Below, in pieces: positions 11,475-24,340 of a stretch of DNA of 64,000 nucleotides. Position 1 is the stretch's first letter; the number at the start of each line of letters is the position of its first letter. The translations under genes and the position numbers were made by a program. Source of the stretch: TPA_inf: Saccharomyces (Eukaryota); assembly GCA_000146045.2 (NCBI GenBank), contig BK006943.2:1-64000 (forward strand). The letters are read 5' to 3'. Under the pieces are notes generated by a model. That model was not told where the DNA came from and made no database searches. It saw nothing but the letters and a program-made list of their open reading frames with translations.

Positions 11475-14400
11475 ATGGCATTGTTTCGTGCCCTGTATAT
11501 TATTTGGGTATTCCTACTCATTCCACTGTCCAATGCAGAAGAATTCACCCCCAAGGTTACCAGAACTTTGTCAAGATATGTATTCGATATAGTAAACTTT
11601 GATGATTCAAACACTTTGATCAGAGCAGAAGAAGACTCTGTCGAGATAAGTTTTGATGCTGGAGAAAATTGGAAAACAATAGATGAGATTGAAGAGCCTA
11701 TCGAGTCATTTGTTGTTGATCCCTTCCGTGGGCATGATAGAGCTTTTGCTTTCGTGAAAACGGCACCAAAATTTTACGTCACGGATGATCAAGGTAAATC
11801 GTGGAGGCCTTTGACTATACCCATTTCTGAGAAAGCATCGAATTATTTTTGCGACGTAACTACTCACCCTATAAAAAAGAAGCATCTTATTATTCGTTGT
11901 GATTTGTTGACAATAAAAAACTCAGGCTTAATGTATGTTGGAAGAGAGATTTACACAACTAATGATGGAGTATCCTTTTCCCAAGTTAAACCTTCTTTTG
12001 GAAAAATTGATGGTCATATTAGCACGGCACGCTGTGACTTTATTAAATCTAGTGAGGATTCTGATCTGGGCGGTAATGATGCTTCGATACTCTGTCTTTT
12101 CCGAAACACTGAGTACATTGAAAGTACAGGCTCAACTATTGACAAGTCTGAATTGATTTTAAGTGCCGATGGAGGTGAAACATTCAAAGAATTAGTCCAG
12201 TTCAAAGATAAGGTTGTTAGTCGATACGAGATACTTAAGCATCATGTGATCGTTTTGACACAAGATGATATGTATAATGAAATGTCATCAACAAACATTT
12301 GGATATCCAATGATGTATCCACTTTTCAAGTGGCTCGTACACCTACTAAGATACGGCACGTTAATATGGGACAAATTCATGAAGATTCCATCGGAAGAAT
12401 CGTTTTACCTGTATCTAGAGAAAGAGATGATGAAGACAGCAACCAACCGGGAGCTGCTGAAGTGTTAATATCAGATTCTGAAGGACTAAAATTTTTGCCT
12501 ATAAATTGGATACCAAACAATCAGTTTGGATATATCAATGTAGCTTATCCAGGTTTCTTAAAAGGAACATTTTTTGGTTCGTTTCATCCCTTCATTGAAT
12601 ATTCTGATAGAAAAAGGAAATACAGCCGACAGAAAGTAAGAGAGGAAACTAAAGTATCTGTTGATAACGGTCTCACATGGACAAACTTGAAAGTTGTTGA
12701 CCGGGAAAATGTAGATTTATTTGGTTGTGATGTCACTAAACCCGAGAGATGTTCGCTTCAGACTCATTTCTATGATCTAAGAAATTTAAATCCCTCTGCC
12801 GGAATCATGATGATATCGGGTATTGTTGGCGACGGCAGTGCATACAATTGGAAAGAAGAAAAAACTTTCATCTCCAGGGATAGTGGTTTAACATGGAGGT
12901 TAGTCCATAATTCCACTGGTTTATATACTACTGGTGATCTGGGAAATATTATCATGTATATTCCATATCGTTCGAATGAAAATGGCGATGTGCCTTCTAA
13001 ATTTTATTATTCCTTGGATCAAGGTAAGACATGGGGTGAATATGATCTAATCATGCCTATTTATCCATACAGATTAGTCAGCACAATATCAGATGGATCT
13101 GGTTCAAAATTTATTCTAACAGGAACGTCCATTACAGAAGATCCAATATTCATTACATATTCAATTGATTTTTCAGCGGTATTTGATTATAAATCATGTG
13201 AAGAGGGTGATTTTGAAGATTGGAATCTAGCAGATGGAAAATGTGTTAATGGCGCCAAATACAAGTACAGAAGGAGGAAACAGGACGCCCAGTGTTTGGT
13301 AAAAAAAGCATTCAAAGATTTGAGTTTAGATGAAACGCCTTGTAACAGTTGTACTGGATCCGACTACGAATGTTCGTTTGAATTCGTTAGAGATGCGAAG
13401 GGTGACTGTATACCAGATTATAATCTGATTGCCCTTTCCGATATATGTGACAAATCGAAGGGTAAATCTGTGTTAGTAAAGCCACTACAATTAATCAAAG
13501 GTGATAAATGTAAAACACCTATGAAAATTGAATCCGTAGACATTCCGTGTGACGAAATTCCAAAGGAGGGTTCGAGTGACAAGGAAATAGTGACTACTGA
13601 AAACAAATTCGACTTTGAAATTAAATTTTACCAATACTTCGATACAGTTGCCGACGAATCTTTGGTCATGCTGAATTCGATAGGAGACGCCTATATATCC
13701 CACGATGGTGGACAAACGATAAAAAGGTTTGACACTGACGGCGAAAAAATTGTCGAAATCGTGTTTAACCCATACTTCAATTCTTCAGCATATTTGTTTG
13801 GCTCTAAAGGTAACATATTCTTAACACACGATAGAGGATACTCTTTCATGATAGCTAAATTACCTGAAGCCAGGCAATTAGGCATGCCACTAGATTTTAG
13901 TGCTAAAGCACAGGATACTTTTATTTACTATGGTGGTAAGAATTGTGAATCAATTTTAAGTCCAGAATGTCATGCAGTGGCATACCTCACCAAAGATGGG
14001 GGTGAAACTTTTACAGAAATGCTTGATAATGCAATTCATTGTGAGTTTGCAGGAACACTATTCAAATATCCGTCAAATGACGATATGGTTATGTGCCAAG
14101 TAAAGGAAAAGTTTTCGCAAACAAGAAGTTTAGTTTCTTCTACTGACTTTTTCCAAGATGATAGAAAAACTGTCTTTGAAAACATTATCGGCTACTTGTC
14201 TACTGGTGGCTATATCATTGTTGCCGTACCTCATGAAGACAATGAATTGAGGGCGTATGTAACTAATGATGGTGCTGAGTTTACCGAGGCAAAATTCCCA
14301 TATGATGAAGATATTGGTAAGCAAGACGCATTCACTATTTTAGGATCTGAGGAAGGATCAATATTTTTACATTTAGCAACAAACTTGGAATCAGGACACG

Positions 14401-16124
14401 ATTTCGGAAACCTTTTGAAATCCAACTCGAATGGTACTTCTTTTGTCACCTTAGAGCATGCCGTTAATAGAAACACATTCGGTTATGTGGACTTTGAAAA
14501 AGTTCAAGGTCTTGAAGGTATTATTATCACCAACATCGTTTCGAATAGCGAAAAGGTTGGCGAGAACAAGGAAGACGAACAATTGAAGACGAAAATCACC
14601 TTCAATGACGGTTCAGATTGGAACTTTTTGAAGCCTCCAAAGAAGGATTCGGAAGGGAAAAAGTTTCCCTGTGATTCTGTGTCATTAGATAAATGTTCTC
14701 TACATTTGCATGGTTACACTGAACGTAAGGATATCAGGGATACATATTCCTCTGGCTCCGCGTTAGGAATGATGTTTGGTGTCGGAAATGTTGGCGATAG
14801 GCTTCTACCATATGAGGAGTGTTCCACTTTTCTAACCACTGATGGAGGAGAGACGTGGACTGAGGTTAAAAAAGGCCCCCATCAATGGGAGTACGGTGAT
14901 CATGGTGGAGTCTTGGTTTTGGTCCCCGAAAACGCAGAAACTGATTCTATTTCTTACTCCACCGATTTTGGTAAAACATGGAAAGATTATAAATTCTGTG
15001 GCGACAAAGTCCTCGTAAAGGATATAATCACCGTTCCCAGAGATTCTGCTTTGAGGTTTTTGCTATTTGGAGAAGCAAAAAACATGGGTAGTGGTTCATT
15101 CAGAACGTATACAATTGATTTTAGAAACATCTTCGAGAGGCAATGTGAGTTTGATATTACCGGTAGAAAAAGGGCAGATTTTAAGTACTCTCCTCTGGGT
15201 TCCAGAACTGGTTGTTTGTTTGGCCATAAAACAGAATTTTTACGTAAAACCGATGAAAAATGTTTTATTGGGAATATTCCACTTTCTGAATTTTCGAGGA
15301 ACGTCAAAAACTGTCCATGTACAAGACAAGATTTCGAATGTGACTATAATTTTTATAAAGCCAGTGATGGTACTTGTAAATTAGTCAAAGGCTTAAGTTC
15401 GGCGAATGGTGCCGATATCTGCAAAAAGGAACCCGACTTAATTGAATACTATGATTCCTCCGGCTATCGGAAAATTCCCTTATCAACCTGTAAAGGTGGG
15501 CTGAAATTGGATGCACATTTAGCACCACATCCTTGTCCGGGAAAAGAAAAGGCATTCAGGGAAAAATACTCTATAAACACCGGCGCTTATGCGCTGGTTT
15601 TTGTTACAATTCTTCTCGTTATTTTCTTTGTCGCATGGTTTGTATACGATAGAGGTATCAGGAGAAATGGGGGATTTTCAAGATTTGAAGAAATCAGATT
15701 AGGAGACGATGGGCTGATAGAAAACAATAGGACCGATAGAGTTGTCAACATCATTGTAAGACTAGGATTATGCATTTCTTTAATCACCAAGTCTGCGTTT
15801 CAACGCGCGAAGGCAGGTACAGCGCAACTTTCTTCAAAATTTAGGGCAAGGTTTGGCAACAAAAAAGGTGCCACTTACTCTTCGCTGCTTCATGATCAGC
15901 TTTCAGATGAACCAGATGGCTTCCATGAAGATTCCAACGATTTATCCAGTTTCAGAGGTCAAGGTAGTAATTCTGAAATTGAGCAAGAAGATGTTGACAC
16001 ATCTCAACAAGAGCATACGTCGCGGACAGACCTACTTGGTGCTAGCAATATTCCAGACGCTTTGCCAGCGCGTAGTGCTTCTCACGAGTCCGATTTAGCA
16101 GCTGCACGCAGCGAAGACAAGTAG
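11475..16124 (+). CDS. VTH2: Vps10/sortilin-family membrane sorting receptor, 1549 aa
   Basis: 1549-aa ORF with an N-terminal signal peptide ([21 protein letters not shown]) and more than 10 BNR/Asp-box motifs (SxDxGxTW: [63 protein letters not shown]). It has a C-terminal TM segment ([20 protein letters not shown]) and cytosolic tail. Length matches VTH1/VTH2. Confidence 0.9.
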   Translation: MALFRALYIIWVFLLIPLSNAEEFTPKVTRTLSRYVFDIVNFDDSNTLIRAEEDSVEISFDAGENWKTIDEIEEPIESFVVDPFRGHDRAFAFVKTAPKFYVTDDQGKSWRPLTIPISEKASNYFCDVTTHPIKKKHLIIRCDLLTIKNSGLMYVGREIYTTNDGVSFSQVKPSFGKIDGHISTARCDFIKSSEDSDLGGNDASILCLFRNTEYIESTGSTIDKSELILSADGGETFKELVQFKDKVVSRYEILKHHVIVLTQDDMYNEMSSTNIWISNDVSTFQVARTPTKIRHVNMGQIHEDSIGRIVLPVSRERDDEDSNQPGAAEVLISDSEGLKFLPINWIPNNQFGYINVAYPGFLKGTFFGSFHPFIEYSDRKRKYSRQKVREETKVSVDNGLTWTNLKVVDRENVDLFGCDVTKPERCSLQTHFYDLRNLNPSAGIMMISGIVGDGSAYNWKEEKTFISRDSGLTWRLVHNSTGLYTTGDLGNIIMYIPYRSNENGDVPSKFYYSLDQGKTWGEYDLIMPIYPYRLVSTISDGSGSKFILTGTSITEDPIFITYSIDFSAVFDYKSCEEGDFEDWNLADGKCVNGAKYKYRRRKQDAQCLVKKAFKDLSLDETPCNSCTGSDYECSFEFVRDAKGDCIPDYNLIALSDICDKSKGKSVLVKPLQLIKGDKCKTPMKIESVDIPCDEIPKEGSSDKEIVTTENKFDFEIKFYQYFDTVADESLVMLNSIGDAYISHDGGQTIKRFDTDGEKIVEIVFNPYFNSSAYLFGSKGNIFLTHDRGYSFMIAKLPEARQLGMPLDFSAKAQDTFIYYGGKNCESILSPECHAVAYLTKDGGETFTEMLDNAIHCEFAGTLFKYPSNDDMVMCQVKEKFSQTRSLVSSTDFFQDDRKTVFENIIGYLSTGGYIIVAVPHEDNELRAYVTNDGAEFTEAKFPYDEDIGKQDAFTILGSEEGSIFLHLATNLESGHDFGNLLKSNSNGTSFVTLEHAVNRNTFGYVDFEKVQGLEGIIITNIVSNSEKVGENKEDEQLKTKITFNDGSDWNFLKPPKKDSEGKKFPCDSVSLDKCSLHLHGYTERKDIRDTYSSGSALGMMFGVGNVGDRLLPYEECSTFLTTDGGETWTEVKKGPHQWEYGDHGGVLVLVPENAETDSISYSTDFGKTWKDYKFCGDKVLVKDIITVPRDSALRFLLFGEAKNMGSGSFRTYTIDFRNIFERQCEFDITGRKRADFKYSPLGSRTGCLFGHKTEFLRKTDEKCFIGNIPLSEFSRNVKNCPCTRQDFECDYNFYKASDGTCKLVKGLSSANGADICKKEPDLIEYYDSSGYRKIPLSTCKGGLKLDAHLAPHPCPGKEKAFREKYSINTGAYALVFVTILLVIFFVAWFVYDRGIRRNGGFSRFEEIRLGDDGLIENNRTDRVVNIIVRLGLCISLITKSAFQRAKAGTAQLSSKFRARFGNKKGATYSSLLHDQLSDEPDGFHEDSNDLSSFRGQGSNSEIEQEDVDTSQQEHTSRTDLLGASNIPDALPARSASHESDLAAARSEDK

Positions 16125-16766
16125 GTAGGTCTTTTTAAACGAACGAAATTGTTCACGCATTGTATGTTGGGTTTCTTACATATCAATCACTCAGAAGCCC
16201 ATTTTCTACCTCCATCACCGTACTTATAGAATTATTTTTCTTTCTTGACACAATATACTGTGGCTAGTTTAACATTTCGTGCCCTTTAAATATTTTTCAT
16301 GGTGTGGACAGAACAACGTCAATTGTAAGGAGCATGGAGGTCAAATAAACAATACCTCAAACTAAATAATGAAGACCCCAAGAAGCCTTGCAATCGGCAG
16401 TAATTATATTCATGGTACTAATTGTCACTATTCGTCTACACTCTAGTAAAAGTTCTTGATGCAAATTTTTTTATTTTTATGTATGAGAACTGCCGAAAAA
16501 AAAGGTTTGGATATTAACTTTGTTAAATAAAATAATACAATCAATTCAAACTTTTTACTGTTTCTTTTTTCAGCTAACTATATCATACTATTGTACACAA
16601 TTATTAATTACCACTTACATTAACTGTTATTCGCTACGCTTTAGAATATCACATACCCAATATCGCATTACCACATGTATGTCGTTACTATTTAAAGTGC
16701 GGTATGTAACATAGATAAATATAAGTATATGTATATGTATAAAAATCTTGTCGTCACAATCATTAA

Positions 16767-18536
16767 TCATTCAGATATGTAAATTCTGCCCTCCCATGGC
16801 TTCAATGTTCTGGAAGACGCATCAACTTCACTTCTTGGGTAGTTTCCGAATTCCAACTTAAACGATGAGCTATTGTTTGGAATCGTGAAGTCGATCGAAT
16901 CAGAGCTGAAGTTCAAAGCAGCAAACAATGTTTTGTTGTCGTATTTCTTTGTGAAGCTGAACAGTTTCTTATTGTCCAAATCAATAAACTCAAAATCATA
17001 TCCATACACAGTAATATCCTTGTGTGCCTTTCTAAATCTCAAGGCCTCCTTCCAGAAGTTCAAAACCGAGTTGGGGTCCTTGGATTCGTCTTCAGCGTTA
17101 ATTCCTTCCCTGAAAGACTCGTTCAAGTAAAACCATGGTTTAGCATTAGGACCAGAAAAACCAGCATTTGGCTCCTCACGAGACCATTGCATAGGTGTTC
17201 TAGCATGGTCTCTGGAAATAAGGGCAATTGCTTCCAAAAACCTCTTCATCTCCTTCGAGTTTTCTCCATGCTCTTCCTTGATCGCATCATAGTTATTTCT
17301 AACTTCGACATCCTCGTATTTTTCGATAGGCCAGTTCTTGAAATTGATTTCACCCAGTTCCTGTCCTTGGTACACATATAGAGTACCGCTCAGTGACACC
17401 AACAACACAGACAACAACTTACCAGAAATAACACGGTTTTTGGGAGAATCGTCACCAAATCTGGTAATTGAACGAGGTTGGTCGTGATTTTCCAGATAAA
17501 TTGTTGACCAACAATCAGTTCCGTTAACGTATCTGAAAAGTTCAGCAAGGGCAACCTTCCAATCCTTTAGTTCATATGGTATCAAATTTTGACGGAACTT
17601 GGGCGAAGTCCCGACATCAGTGTGGGAAAAGTTGAATAACTCACTAAGTTCGTGTCTTGACGCACTTGTATACAACCTCTTGGTCTCATCAGTAGCATGT
17701 CGCATTTCACCAACTGTCATAATTTCTCTGCCATCCTTCACTCTGTTTCTGATGAACTTGTTCATTTCTTGATGAAACTCATGGATACGTGGTCCGTTCA
17801 TTGTGAAAGGATCACTGAGTTGCCACTTTGAGTTTTCGTCAATCACAGGAGCGTCTGGTAGACCAGCAACCTTGGAGTACAAGCTTCCCACATCAATTCT
17901 AAAGCCGTCTACACCATGGTCTAACCAGTATCCAACGGCACTTTCGTAGATTGCCTTTCTGCAGTCTTCGTTCTCCCAGTTTAGATCAGGTTGGGTGGAG
18001 CAAAACAAACGCAAGTAAAACTCTTGTGTCTTTTCATCGAACGTCCATGCAGAACCACCGAAGTAAGACCTCCAATTGTTTGGAGGAATTGGCTTGCCTT
18101 CGGCGTCATAACCCTTAGGAGGTCTCCAGAAGAACCAGTCACGTTTTGGATTGGTTTTTGAGGATCTGCTCTCTTTGAACCATTCATGTTCGCTGGAGCA
18201 ATGGTTGATGACTAAGTCGGTGATAAATTTCATACCAAGCTTATGTGTCTTTTCGATCAAGGCAAAGCAGTCCTCGTTCGTACCGTAGGTTGGCCAGACC
18301 TTTTCGTAGTTGGCAATATCGTAACCCATATCATCTTGTGGCGAGTCGTAAAATGGCGAGATCCAAATGGCATCGGTACCAAGCTCTTTGATGTACTCCA
18401 ACTTGGAGGCAATACCCTTCATATCACCCCAACCATCGTTGTTGGAGTCTTTGAAACTTGCGGGATAAATTTGATAAATTGTGGCCTCTTTCCACCACTT
18501 GGGTTCTGTTTCTGGATGTGCAGAAGAAATAGTCAT
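16767..18536 (-). CDS. IMA4: Oligo-1,6-glucosidase (isomaltase), GH13 family, 589 aa
   Basis: ATG start verified. GH13 catalytic motifs [16 protein letters not shown] and [11 protein letters not shown]-terminus [30 protein letters not shown] is typical of yeast IMA/MAL alpha-glucosidases. 589 aa. Confidence 0.9.
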   Translation of the reverse strand: MTISSAHPETEPKWWKEATIYQIYPASFKDSNNDGWGDMKGIASKLEYIKELGTDAIWISPFYDSPQDDMGYDIANYEKVWPTYGTNEDCFALIEKTHKLGMKFITDLVINHCSSEHEWFKESRSSKTNPKRDWFFWRPPKGYDAEGKPIPPNNWRSYFGGSAWTFDEKTQEFYLRLFCSTQPDLNWENEDCRKAIYESAVGYWLDHGVDGFRIDVGSLYSKVAGLPDAPVIDENSKWQLSDPFTMNGPRIHEFHQEMNKFIRNRVKDGREIMTVGEMRHATDETKRLYTSASRHELSELFNFSHTDVGTSPKFRQNLIPYELKDWKVALAELFRYVNGTDCWSTIYLENHDQPRSITRFGDDSPKNRVISGKLLSVLLVSLSGTLYVYQGQELGEINFKNWPIEKYEDVEVRNNYDAIKEEHGENSKEMKRFLEAIALISRDHARTPMQWSREEPNAGFSGPNAKPWFYLNESFREGINAEDESKDPNSVLNFWKEALRFRKAHKDITVYGYDFEFIDLDNKKLFSFTKKYDNKTLFAALNFSSDSIDFTIPNNSSSFKLEFGNYPRSEVDASSRTLKPWEGRIYISE

Positions 18537-18947
18537 TGTACGTTGCTTTCTTATCTCTATGAAAAAACTTTCACTTTTGTTTGTGTGTTTGGATTGGTGA
18601 ATGGAACATATATTCTAGTACAGCTAATTCCTCGAGTGAAGAAGTCTTCCTTACTTATATATGTCTGTGGACGTCTTACGAATGATCGAAAATAAGAAAA
18701 GAACAAAGTAAATTTAGGATCTGGAAGGAGTGCTGTATGTAAACGAAGCTTTCAGTTTTAGGTAATGTTTGCACAACCTACATGATATAAGATGGTATGT
18801 TCTGCAACAGCGTGCCTGTCACTTGGCCCGTTATAGCAGATTATACCATCTGCAAGCAGACCCCATTATTGCATTGCCTCCGCAGCCTTGCGTATACATA
18901 GCCCTAAGACAAAATACGGAGCGTAAACAACCCTCGATCCCCGCAAC

Positions 18948-19017
18948 AATTACATAACCATTTCTCCGCGGAATTACATAATCATTTCTCCGGGAAAATT
19001 ACATAATCATTTCTCCG
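18948..19017. repeat. Three tandem 21-bp units AATTACATAA(C/T)CATTTCTCCG with 3-4 nt spacers, in the HXT9 upstream region
   Basis: Seen directly: units at 18948-18968, 18972-18992 and 18997-19017. Confidence 0.85.
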
Positions 19018-19362
19018 TGCGAGTTATAAGTGCTTTTCTCGTGCATTTCCCTGACACTTCACAAAACCTTCTTTTTCTTTTTTCTTTATTTCAGGGGAAA
19101 TCAGTGCAAAACTAAAAAGAAAGAAATTTTGTGAAATGTAAACTCCAGGTGTCAAAAAATAAATTATATCCGTGGAAAATCAGGCGTCGGAAATTGTAGA
19201 TGAATCCGCCTCCTCCACAATAAAAATGCTGACCACACGAGCAATGCATACACTCGGACACCTTCGTTCAAAGTATCAGTAGCAGTTCGACACACCCTAT
19301 ACTACTTAGCTCTTAAGGTCTAGGCTCATCTTTCTCAGTTCCTCTTTTTCGCTAAATAAAGG

Positions 19363-19369
19363 TATATAA
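19363..19369 (+). promoter_or_regulatory. TATA element (TATATAA) about 128 bp upstream of the HXT9 ATG
   Basis: ggtatataatg seen directly, at an appropriate distance upstream of the ORF start. Confidence 0.3.
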
Positions 19370-19496
19370 TGTCACAGCTGTGTAACTAAAGAACACTGTT
19401 GTTCCTATCTTTTTCTTCTTCTTTTTTTGGTATGAGTTGGAAAAAATAATCATTGCACAATTGAGTACTAAAAGCTTTCGTATCTTACCCAATATC

Positions 19497-21200
19497 ATGT
19501 CCGGTGTTAATAATACATCCGCAAATGATTTATCCACTACCGAGTCTAACTCTAACTCAGTAGCAAATGCACCATCTGTAAAAACTGAGCATAATGACTC
19601 TAAAAACTCCCTCAACCTGGATGCCACTGAACCACCTATTGACTTACCTCAAAAACCCCTCTCTGCATATACCACCGTCGCAATCCTGTGTTTGATGATT
19701 GCATTTGGCGGCTTCATCTTTGGTTGGGATACCGGTACCATTTCTGGTTTTGTTAACCTTTCTGATTTCATCAGAAGGTTCGGTCAAAAAAATGACAAGG
19801 GAACCTACTACTTATCGAAAGTAAGAATGGGTTTGATCGTCTCAATATTCAACATTGGCTGCGCCATAGGCGGAATTGTCTTGTCAAAAGTCGGTGATAT
19901 ATATGGTCGTCGTATTGGATTGATTACAGTTACTGCCATTTACGTTGTAGGCATCCTAATCCAAATAACTTCCATAAACAAGTGGTACCAATACTTCATT
20001 GGAAGAATTATTTCTGGCCTAGGAGTGGGAGGCATTGCTGTCCTTTCCCCAATGTTGATATCTGAAGTTGCTCCCAAACAAATCAGAGGAACCCTGGTCC
20101 AATTGTACCAGCTGATGTGTACGATGGGTATTTTTCTAGGATACTGTACCAATTACGGTACCAAGAACTATCACAACGCCACTCAATGGAGAGTCGGCCT
20201 TGGTCTTTGCTTTGCCTGGACTACATTCATGGTTAGTGGAATGATGTTTGTACCAGAATCACCACGTTACCTGATTGAGGTTGGTAAAGATGAGGAAGCG
20301 AAACGTTCACTTTCGAAATCCAACAAAGTCTCAGTCGACGATCCAGCCTTGTTAGCAGAATATGACACTATAAAGGCGGGAATCGAACTTGAAAAGCTGG
20401 CAGGTAACGCATCATGGTCTGAACTACTCTCCACTAAAACAAAGGTCTTTCAGCGTGTTCTCATGGGAGTGATGATCCAATCGCTGCAGCAATTAACCGG
20501 TGATAACTACTTCTTTTACTACGGCACCACCATCTTCAAATCTGTCGGTCTAAAGGACTCCTTTCAGACTTCGATCATTATCGGTGTGGTTAATTTTTTC
20601 TCTTCATTCATAGCGGTATACACCATTGAGAGGTTTGGACGCCGTACGTGTCTATTGTGGGGTGCTGCTTCTATGCTATGCTGCTTTGCTGTGTTTGCCT
20701 CCGTCGGTGTGACAAAGTTGTGGCCTCAAGGAAGCAGTCACCAAGACATTACTTCTCAGGGCGCCGGTAACTGTATGATTGTGTTTACTATGTTCTTCAT
20801 TTTTTCGTTCGCCACCACTTGGGCAGGCGGCTGTTACGTTATTGTCTCAGAGACGTTTCCTCTTAGGGTCAAATCAAGAGGAATGGCAATCGCAACAGCT
20901 GCAAACTGGATGTGGGGTTTCCTGATTAGTTTCTTTACCCCATTCATTACCGGGGCAATCAACTTTTACTACGGTTATGTATTCTTAGGCTGTCTGGTTT
21001 TTGCATACTTTTATGTCTTTTTCTTTGTCCCAGAAACAAAAGGCCTGACGCTGGAGGAGGTGAATACTATGTGGCTGGAAGGTGTGCCAGCATGGAAATC
21101 AGCCTCATGGGTGCCACCAGAAAGAAGAACCGCAGATTACGATGCTGACGCCATAGACCATGACGATAGACCAATCTACAAGAGGTTCTTTTCCAGCTAA
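19497..21200 (+). CDS. HXT9: Hexose transporter, MFS sugar porter family, 567 aa
   Basis: First ATG is at 19497; the ORF-track start at 19437 is TTG. 12-TM sugar porter with PESPRYL and [11 protein letters not shown] signatures. Length is 567 aa. Confidence 0.88.
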   Translation: MSGVNNTSANDLSTTESNSNSVANAPSVKTEHNDSKNSLNLDATEPPIDLPQKPLSAYTTVAILCLMIAFGGFIFGWDTGTISGFVNLSDFIRRFGQKNDKGTYYLSKVRMGLIVSIFNIGCAIGGIVLSKVGDIYGRRIGLITVTAIYVVGILIQITSINKWYQYFIGRIISGLGVGGIAVLSPMLISEVAPKQIRGTLVQLYQLMCTMGIFLGYCTNYGTKNYHNATQWRVGLGLCFAWTTFMVSGMMFVPESPRYLIEVGKDEEAKRSLSKSNKVSVDDPALLAEYDTIKAGIELEKLAGNASWSELLSTKTKVFQRVLMGVMIQSLQQLTGDNYFFYYGTTIFKSVGLKDSFQTSIIIGVVNFFSSFIAVYTIERFGRRTCLLWGAASMLCCFAVFASVGVTKLWPQGSSHQDITSQGAGNCMIVFTMFFIFSFATTWAGGCYVIVSETFPLRVKSRGMAIATAANWMWGFLISFFTPFITGAINFYYGYVFLGCLVFAYFYVFFFVPETKGLTLEEVNTMWLEGVPAWKSASWVPPERRTADYDADAIDHDDRPIYKRFFSS

Positions 21201-21889
21201 TCTTCCGGTTTTTAGTAACTGGAAAAAAATACATGAACTTAATTATTTATTATATACAATATTTACTTTTTTACGCCTTAATCCTTAACGGACTATTTGT
21301 TATGCCTTATAGAACTAGAAATTATATGATAAACATGAGCTACACGAGTTGACAGGGTGAACAGATTACTATAGCATCTTTCTCTCATGAATAATTTTTA
21401 AAATGTATAAATTTTGTAACGTTCCGAAGGGTGGAGTGAAATTCCATTCAAGAAACCAAGCATTGAGACAGAACAGTACAGAGTTCAGTTGTTGCGGACC
21501 GAGAATTGTAACAAGTAGCCCCAGAAACATTCATATGACGTCTGTTTCAAATTAAGCTTAGTAAAAGTACACATTTACCATAAAAAAATAGTACCAAGTC
21601 GGTGGCCTGATATCCTTATTTTCCTTCTGCCAATTGGGCAAGTTGGTACTAATATTTTAGGTGACACTGCCACTTTATTGTTATGGATTGAAATTTCTTA
21701 AATGTTCTCACAATCGGCCATAACGCTATTTCTCCGACGTAACCTCCTGTCATAGTGTGCCGTGCCTGAATAACTTAAAAAATTAAAGTTTTCAATGTGC
21801 CCAAAAAAATTCACAAATAGTACGCGCTCGTTAAACACCCTGTGACGCTGGGCCAGGCACTATTTAGCATTACTTCGAAAAGACGCAAG

Positions 21890-21896
21890 TATAAAG
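21890..21896 (+). promoter_or_regulatory. TATA element (TATAAAG) about 77 bp upstream of YJL218W
   Basis: gtataaagag seen directly. Confidence 0.3.
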
Positions 21897-21972
21897 AGTG
21901 AGATCTCACGTACTACAACAAGAACATAGAGAAGCATTCTAATAAGCATATAAACAAGGCTTCTAGAGAAAA

Positions 21973-22563
21973 ATGGGCGTATTAGAAAATATAGTACCTG
22001 GTGAGCTTTATGATGCGAACTATGATCCAGATCTTTTGAAAATTAGAAAAGAGACTAAAATAAAATTGCACGAATACAACACCCTTAGCCCCGCTGATGA
22101 GAATAAAAAGAGCCAGGTAATAAGAGAATTACTTGGTAGTTGCACTGATAACTTTATAATTGAACCGCCGTTTTACTGTGATTACGGAAGTAACATCTAT
22201 ATCGGAGACAACTTTTACGCCAATCACAATCTTGTTATATTGGATGGGGCCAAGGTAGTCATCGGTGACAACGTATTTATCGCCCCTAATGTTGGTATTT
22301 ATACGGCAGGTCATCCAATTGACGTGGAAAGACGGCTTCAAGGATTAGAATATGCCATGCCTGTGACCATTGGAGACAATGTATGGATTGGAGGTGGAGT
22401 GTCAATAATTCCTGGAGTAAATATAGGTAAAAACTCCGTGATTGCCGCCGGTAGTGTTGTGATTCGTGACATACCAGAAAATGTAGTGGCAGCAGGTAAT
22501 CCTTGTAAGGTGATAAGAAAGATCACTGAAAAAGATAGTACAACTACAAACTATCGAAAATGA
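21973..22563 (+). CDS. YJL218W: Hexapeptide-repeat (left-handed beta-helix) acetyltransferase, maltose/galactoside O-acetyltransferase family, 196 aa
   Basis: Tandem hexapeptide repeats (IGDNVFIAPNVGIYTAGH, VTIGDNVWIGGGVSIIPGVNIGKNSVIAAGSVV). Size and N-terminal region are typical of bacterial Mac/LacA-type acetyltransferases. Confidence 0.85.
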   Translation: MGVLENIVPGELYDANYDPDLLKIRKETKIKLHEYNTLSPADENKKSQVIRELLGSCTDNFIIEPPFYCDYGSNIYIGDNFYANHNLVILDGAKVVIGDNVFIAPNVGIYTAGHPIDVERRLQGLEYAMPVTIGDNVWIGGGVSIIPGVNIGKNSVIAAGSVVIRDIPENVVAAGNPCKVIRKITEKDSTTTNYRK

Positions 22564-23132
22564 TGGATCCACTTTCTGGAGGAATTATCGAAAGCAAGTG
22601 TTGTCTTCTATGATTATGTACCGTATTTTCTTATAAGAATAAATAAAAAGCTAGTTCAGTTTTAGTCGACTAAATACGCAGAGAGATTATTAATTATTGG
22701 TATATGTTCTGGTTTAAGTTGCTCATTCTCAACTCGACTGTGTATAGTAGCTTCTTTCTGGTATAATCTATCTTCGAGGAGAAAATTATAGTTTACAACT
22801 TATGTAAAACTGCTCAAGTTCCAACCGTATAGAAAACGCGTGGCTGGTAGCTTTATGTTCGGATTTGAGAAATTTTCGGGGAAATAAGTACCGTTCTAAT
22901 TTTTCAGCGCAAATTAACATGCGGAGAAACTTTAAACTGAAAATATGGCCACCTGCATGCGTCCATATGAAAGGGTCATCAAATAGCCTCGAACAAAACA
23001 AGTAACATTTTCGATGGAGTTAGAAAGGGATGATCCTATACGCACAGATTTCCTAGGTATTTAACCTGACCTAATATTAACAAAAGTCCAAGTGACGGCT
23101 TCTCCATCAAACAAGATAAATTACCAAACACA

Positions 23133-23729
23133 ATGGTCGAATCTAAGAATACTGAATTATCGCAAGGAACATGGCTCAATAAGCCAAAATCTGTTTTTCA
23201 AGAGGCAGGAAAAGTCACTCTGGAAACAGATGAAAAAACTGACTTTTGGCGTGAAACATTTTACGGATTTACCCGTGATAGCGGTCATTTTTTGGGAGTA
23301 GAGACAGGTAGTGCTTTTACTGCACAAGTCCGTGTTCAGGGAAGCTACGAGAGTCTTTATGATCAGGCTGGTATCATGGTTCGTATAGATGATGGACATT
23401 GGCTCAAAGCTGGCATAGAAATTTCTGATGGCCACGCAATGCTAAGCAGTGTTTTGACAAATGGAAAATCAGATTGGTCAACTGCTGTTTATGGCGGAAA
23501 TGCTCGCGATTTCTGGCTTCGTGTTACTGTTGAAAAGGGCGTTTTGAGGATTCAGGTGTCCTCTGATAAAAAAACATGGCCGTTAGTACGTTTGGCTCCA
23601 TTTCCAACTTCTGACCATTACCTTGTTGGACCAATGGCTTGCACACCTGAGCGTGGCGGATTGAAAGTTACTTTCTCGGAATGGAGTCTCACAGCTCCTT
23701 TAGGAAAAGCTTTACATGATTTGAGTTAG
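23133..23729 (+). CDS. REE1: Small cytoplasmic protein (REE1, regulator of enolase expression), 198 aa
   Basis: 198-aa ORF with ATG start at the position expected from chromosome X gene order. Sequence MVESKNTELSQGTWLNKPK... Confidence 0.75.
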   Translation: MVESKNTELSQGTWLNKPKSVFQEAGKVTLETDEKTDFWRETFYGFTRDSGHFLGVETGSAFTAQVRVQGSYESLYDQAGIMVRIDDGHWLKAGIEISDGHAMLSSVLTNGKSDWSTAVYGGNARDFWLRVTVEKGVLRIQVSSDKKTWPLVRLAPFPTSDHYLVGPMACTPERGGLKVTFSEWSLTAPLGKALHDLS

Positions 23730-24340
23730 TTCACCTATATATCAATATATAAAGAGGGGTTTGCTTTTGTTAAGAACAAGGCCTGCACCTCACTAAGATC
23801 TGTTGATTTGGCACTATGCTTTTTAAAATTTTGTTTATACTCAATTTCGTCAAGATTTTTTTTACTAGTACAATCCATACAGTTAACAAAATACTGGGCA
23901 ATAAGGCGTGCATACTACGAAATTTTTAGTTTTGTTATAATAAACGACTTTTAGCTAGTGTTTTAAGATAAAGTGACGAAAGTTAGGGTGAGAATAGTCG
24001 AATGTATTTACTAATTATTGAATTCGTGGTAATTAGTACTTATGATGATGGGGTTTAAAGGGCTAAATTTAGACAATAGAAACAGTAATAATGATGTTTT
24101 CTATTTTTCTGCTGTACGTTGCTTTTTATTTTATATTTCTTCGGAAAAAGGTTCAGTGAATTTTCTGTCTTCTATATACATATATAAATTGCAATTGAAA
24201 ATAGCGTACAGCGTAAGTTAAGTATCCAATGCTCACATATGAAAAGCAAAAGTAAAAAGAAATATACAAGTTTATTATTCATAAATATCGGCATAACTAT
24301 TTGTTTCGAAAGATCAGTACGTTTATGTTAAATGTGCTCG

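Noticed and set aside
18243-18695. 150-aa plus-strand ORF overlapping the IMA4 5' end
   Set aside because: Antisense to a well-supported GH13 gene with no domain. It is typical of a dubious overlapping ORF.
19437-19496. ORF-track N-terminal extensions (HXT9 at 19437, IMA5 at 26110, YJL213W at 31944, CBP1 at 37975)
   Set aside because: The listed start codons are TTG or GTG, checked directly in the sequence. Nuclear yeast genes initiate at ATG, so the first in-frame ATGs were used: 19497, 26086, 32163, 38005. The 31944 extension is discussed separately as a finding.
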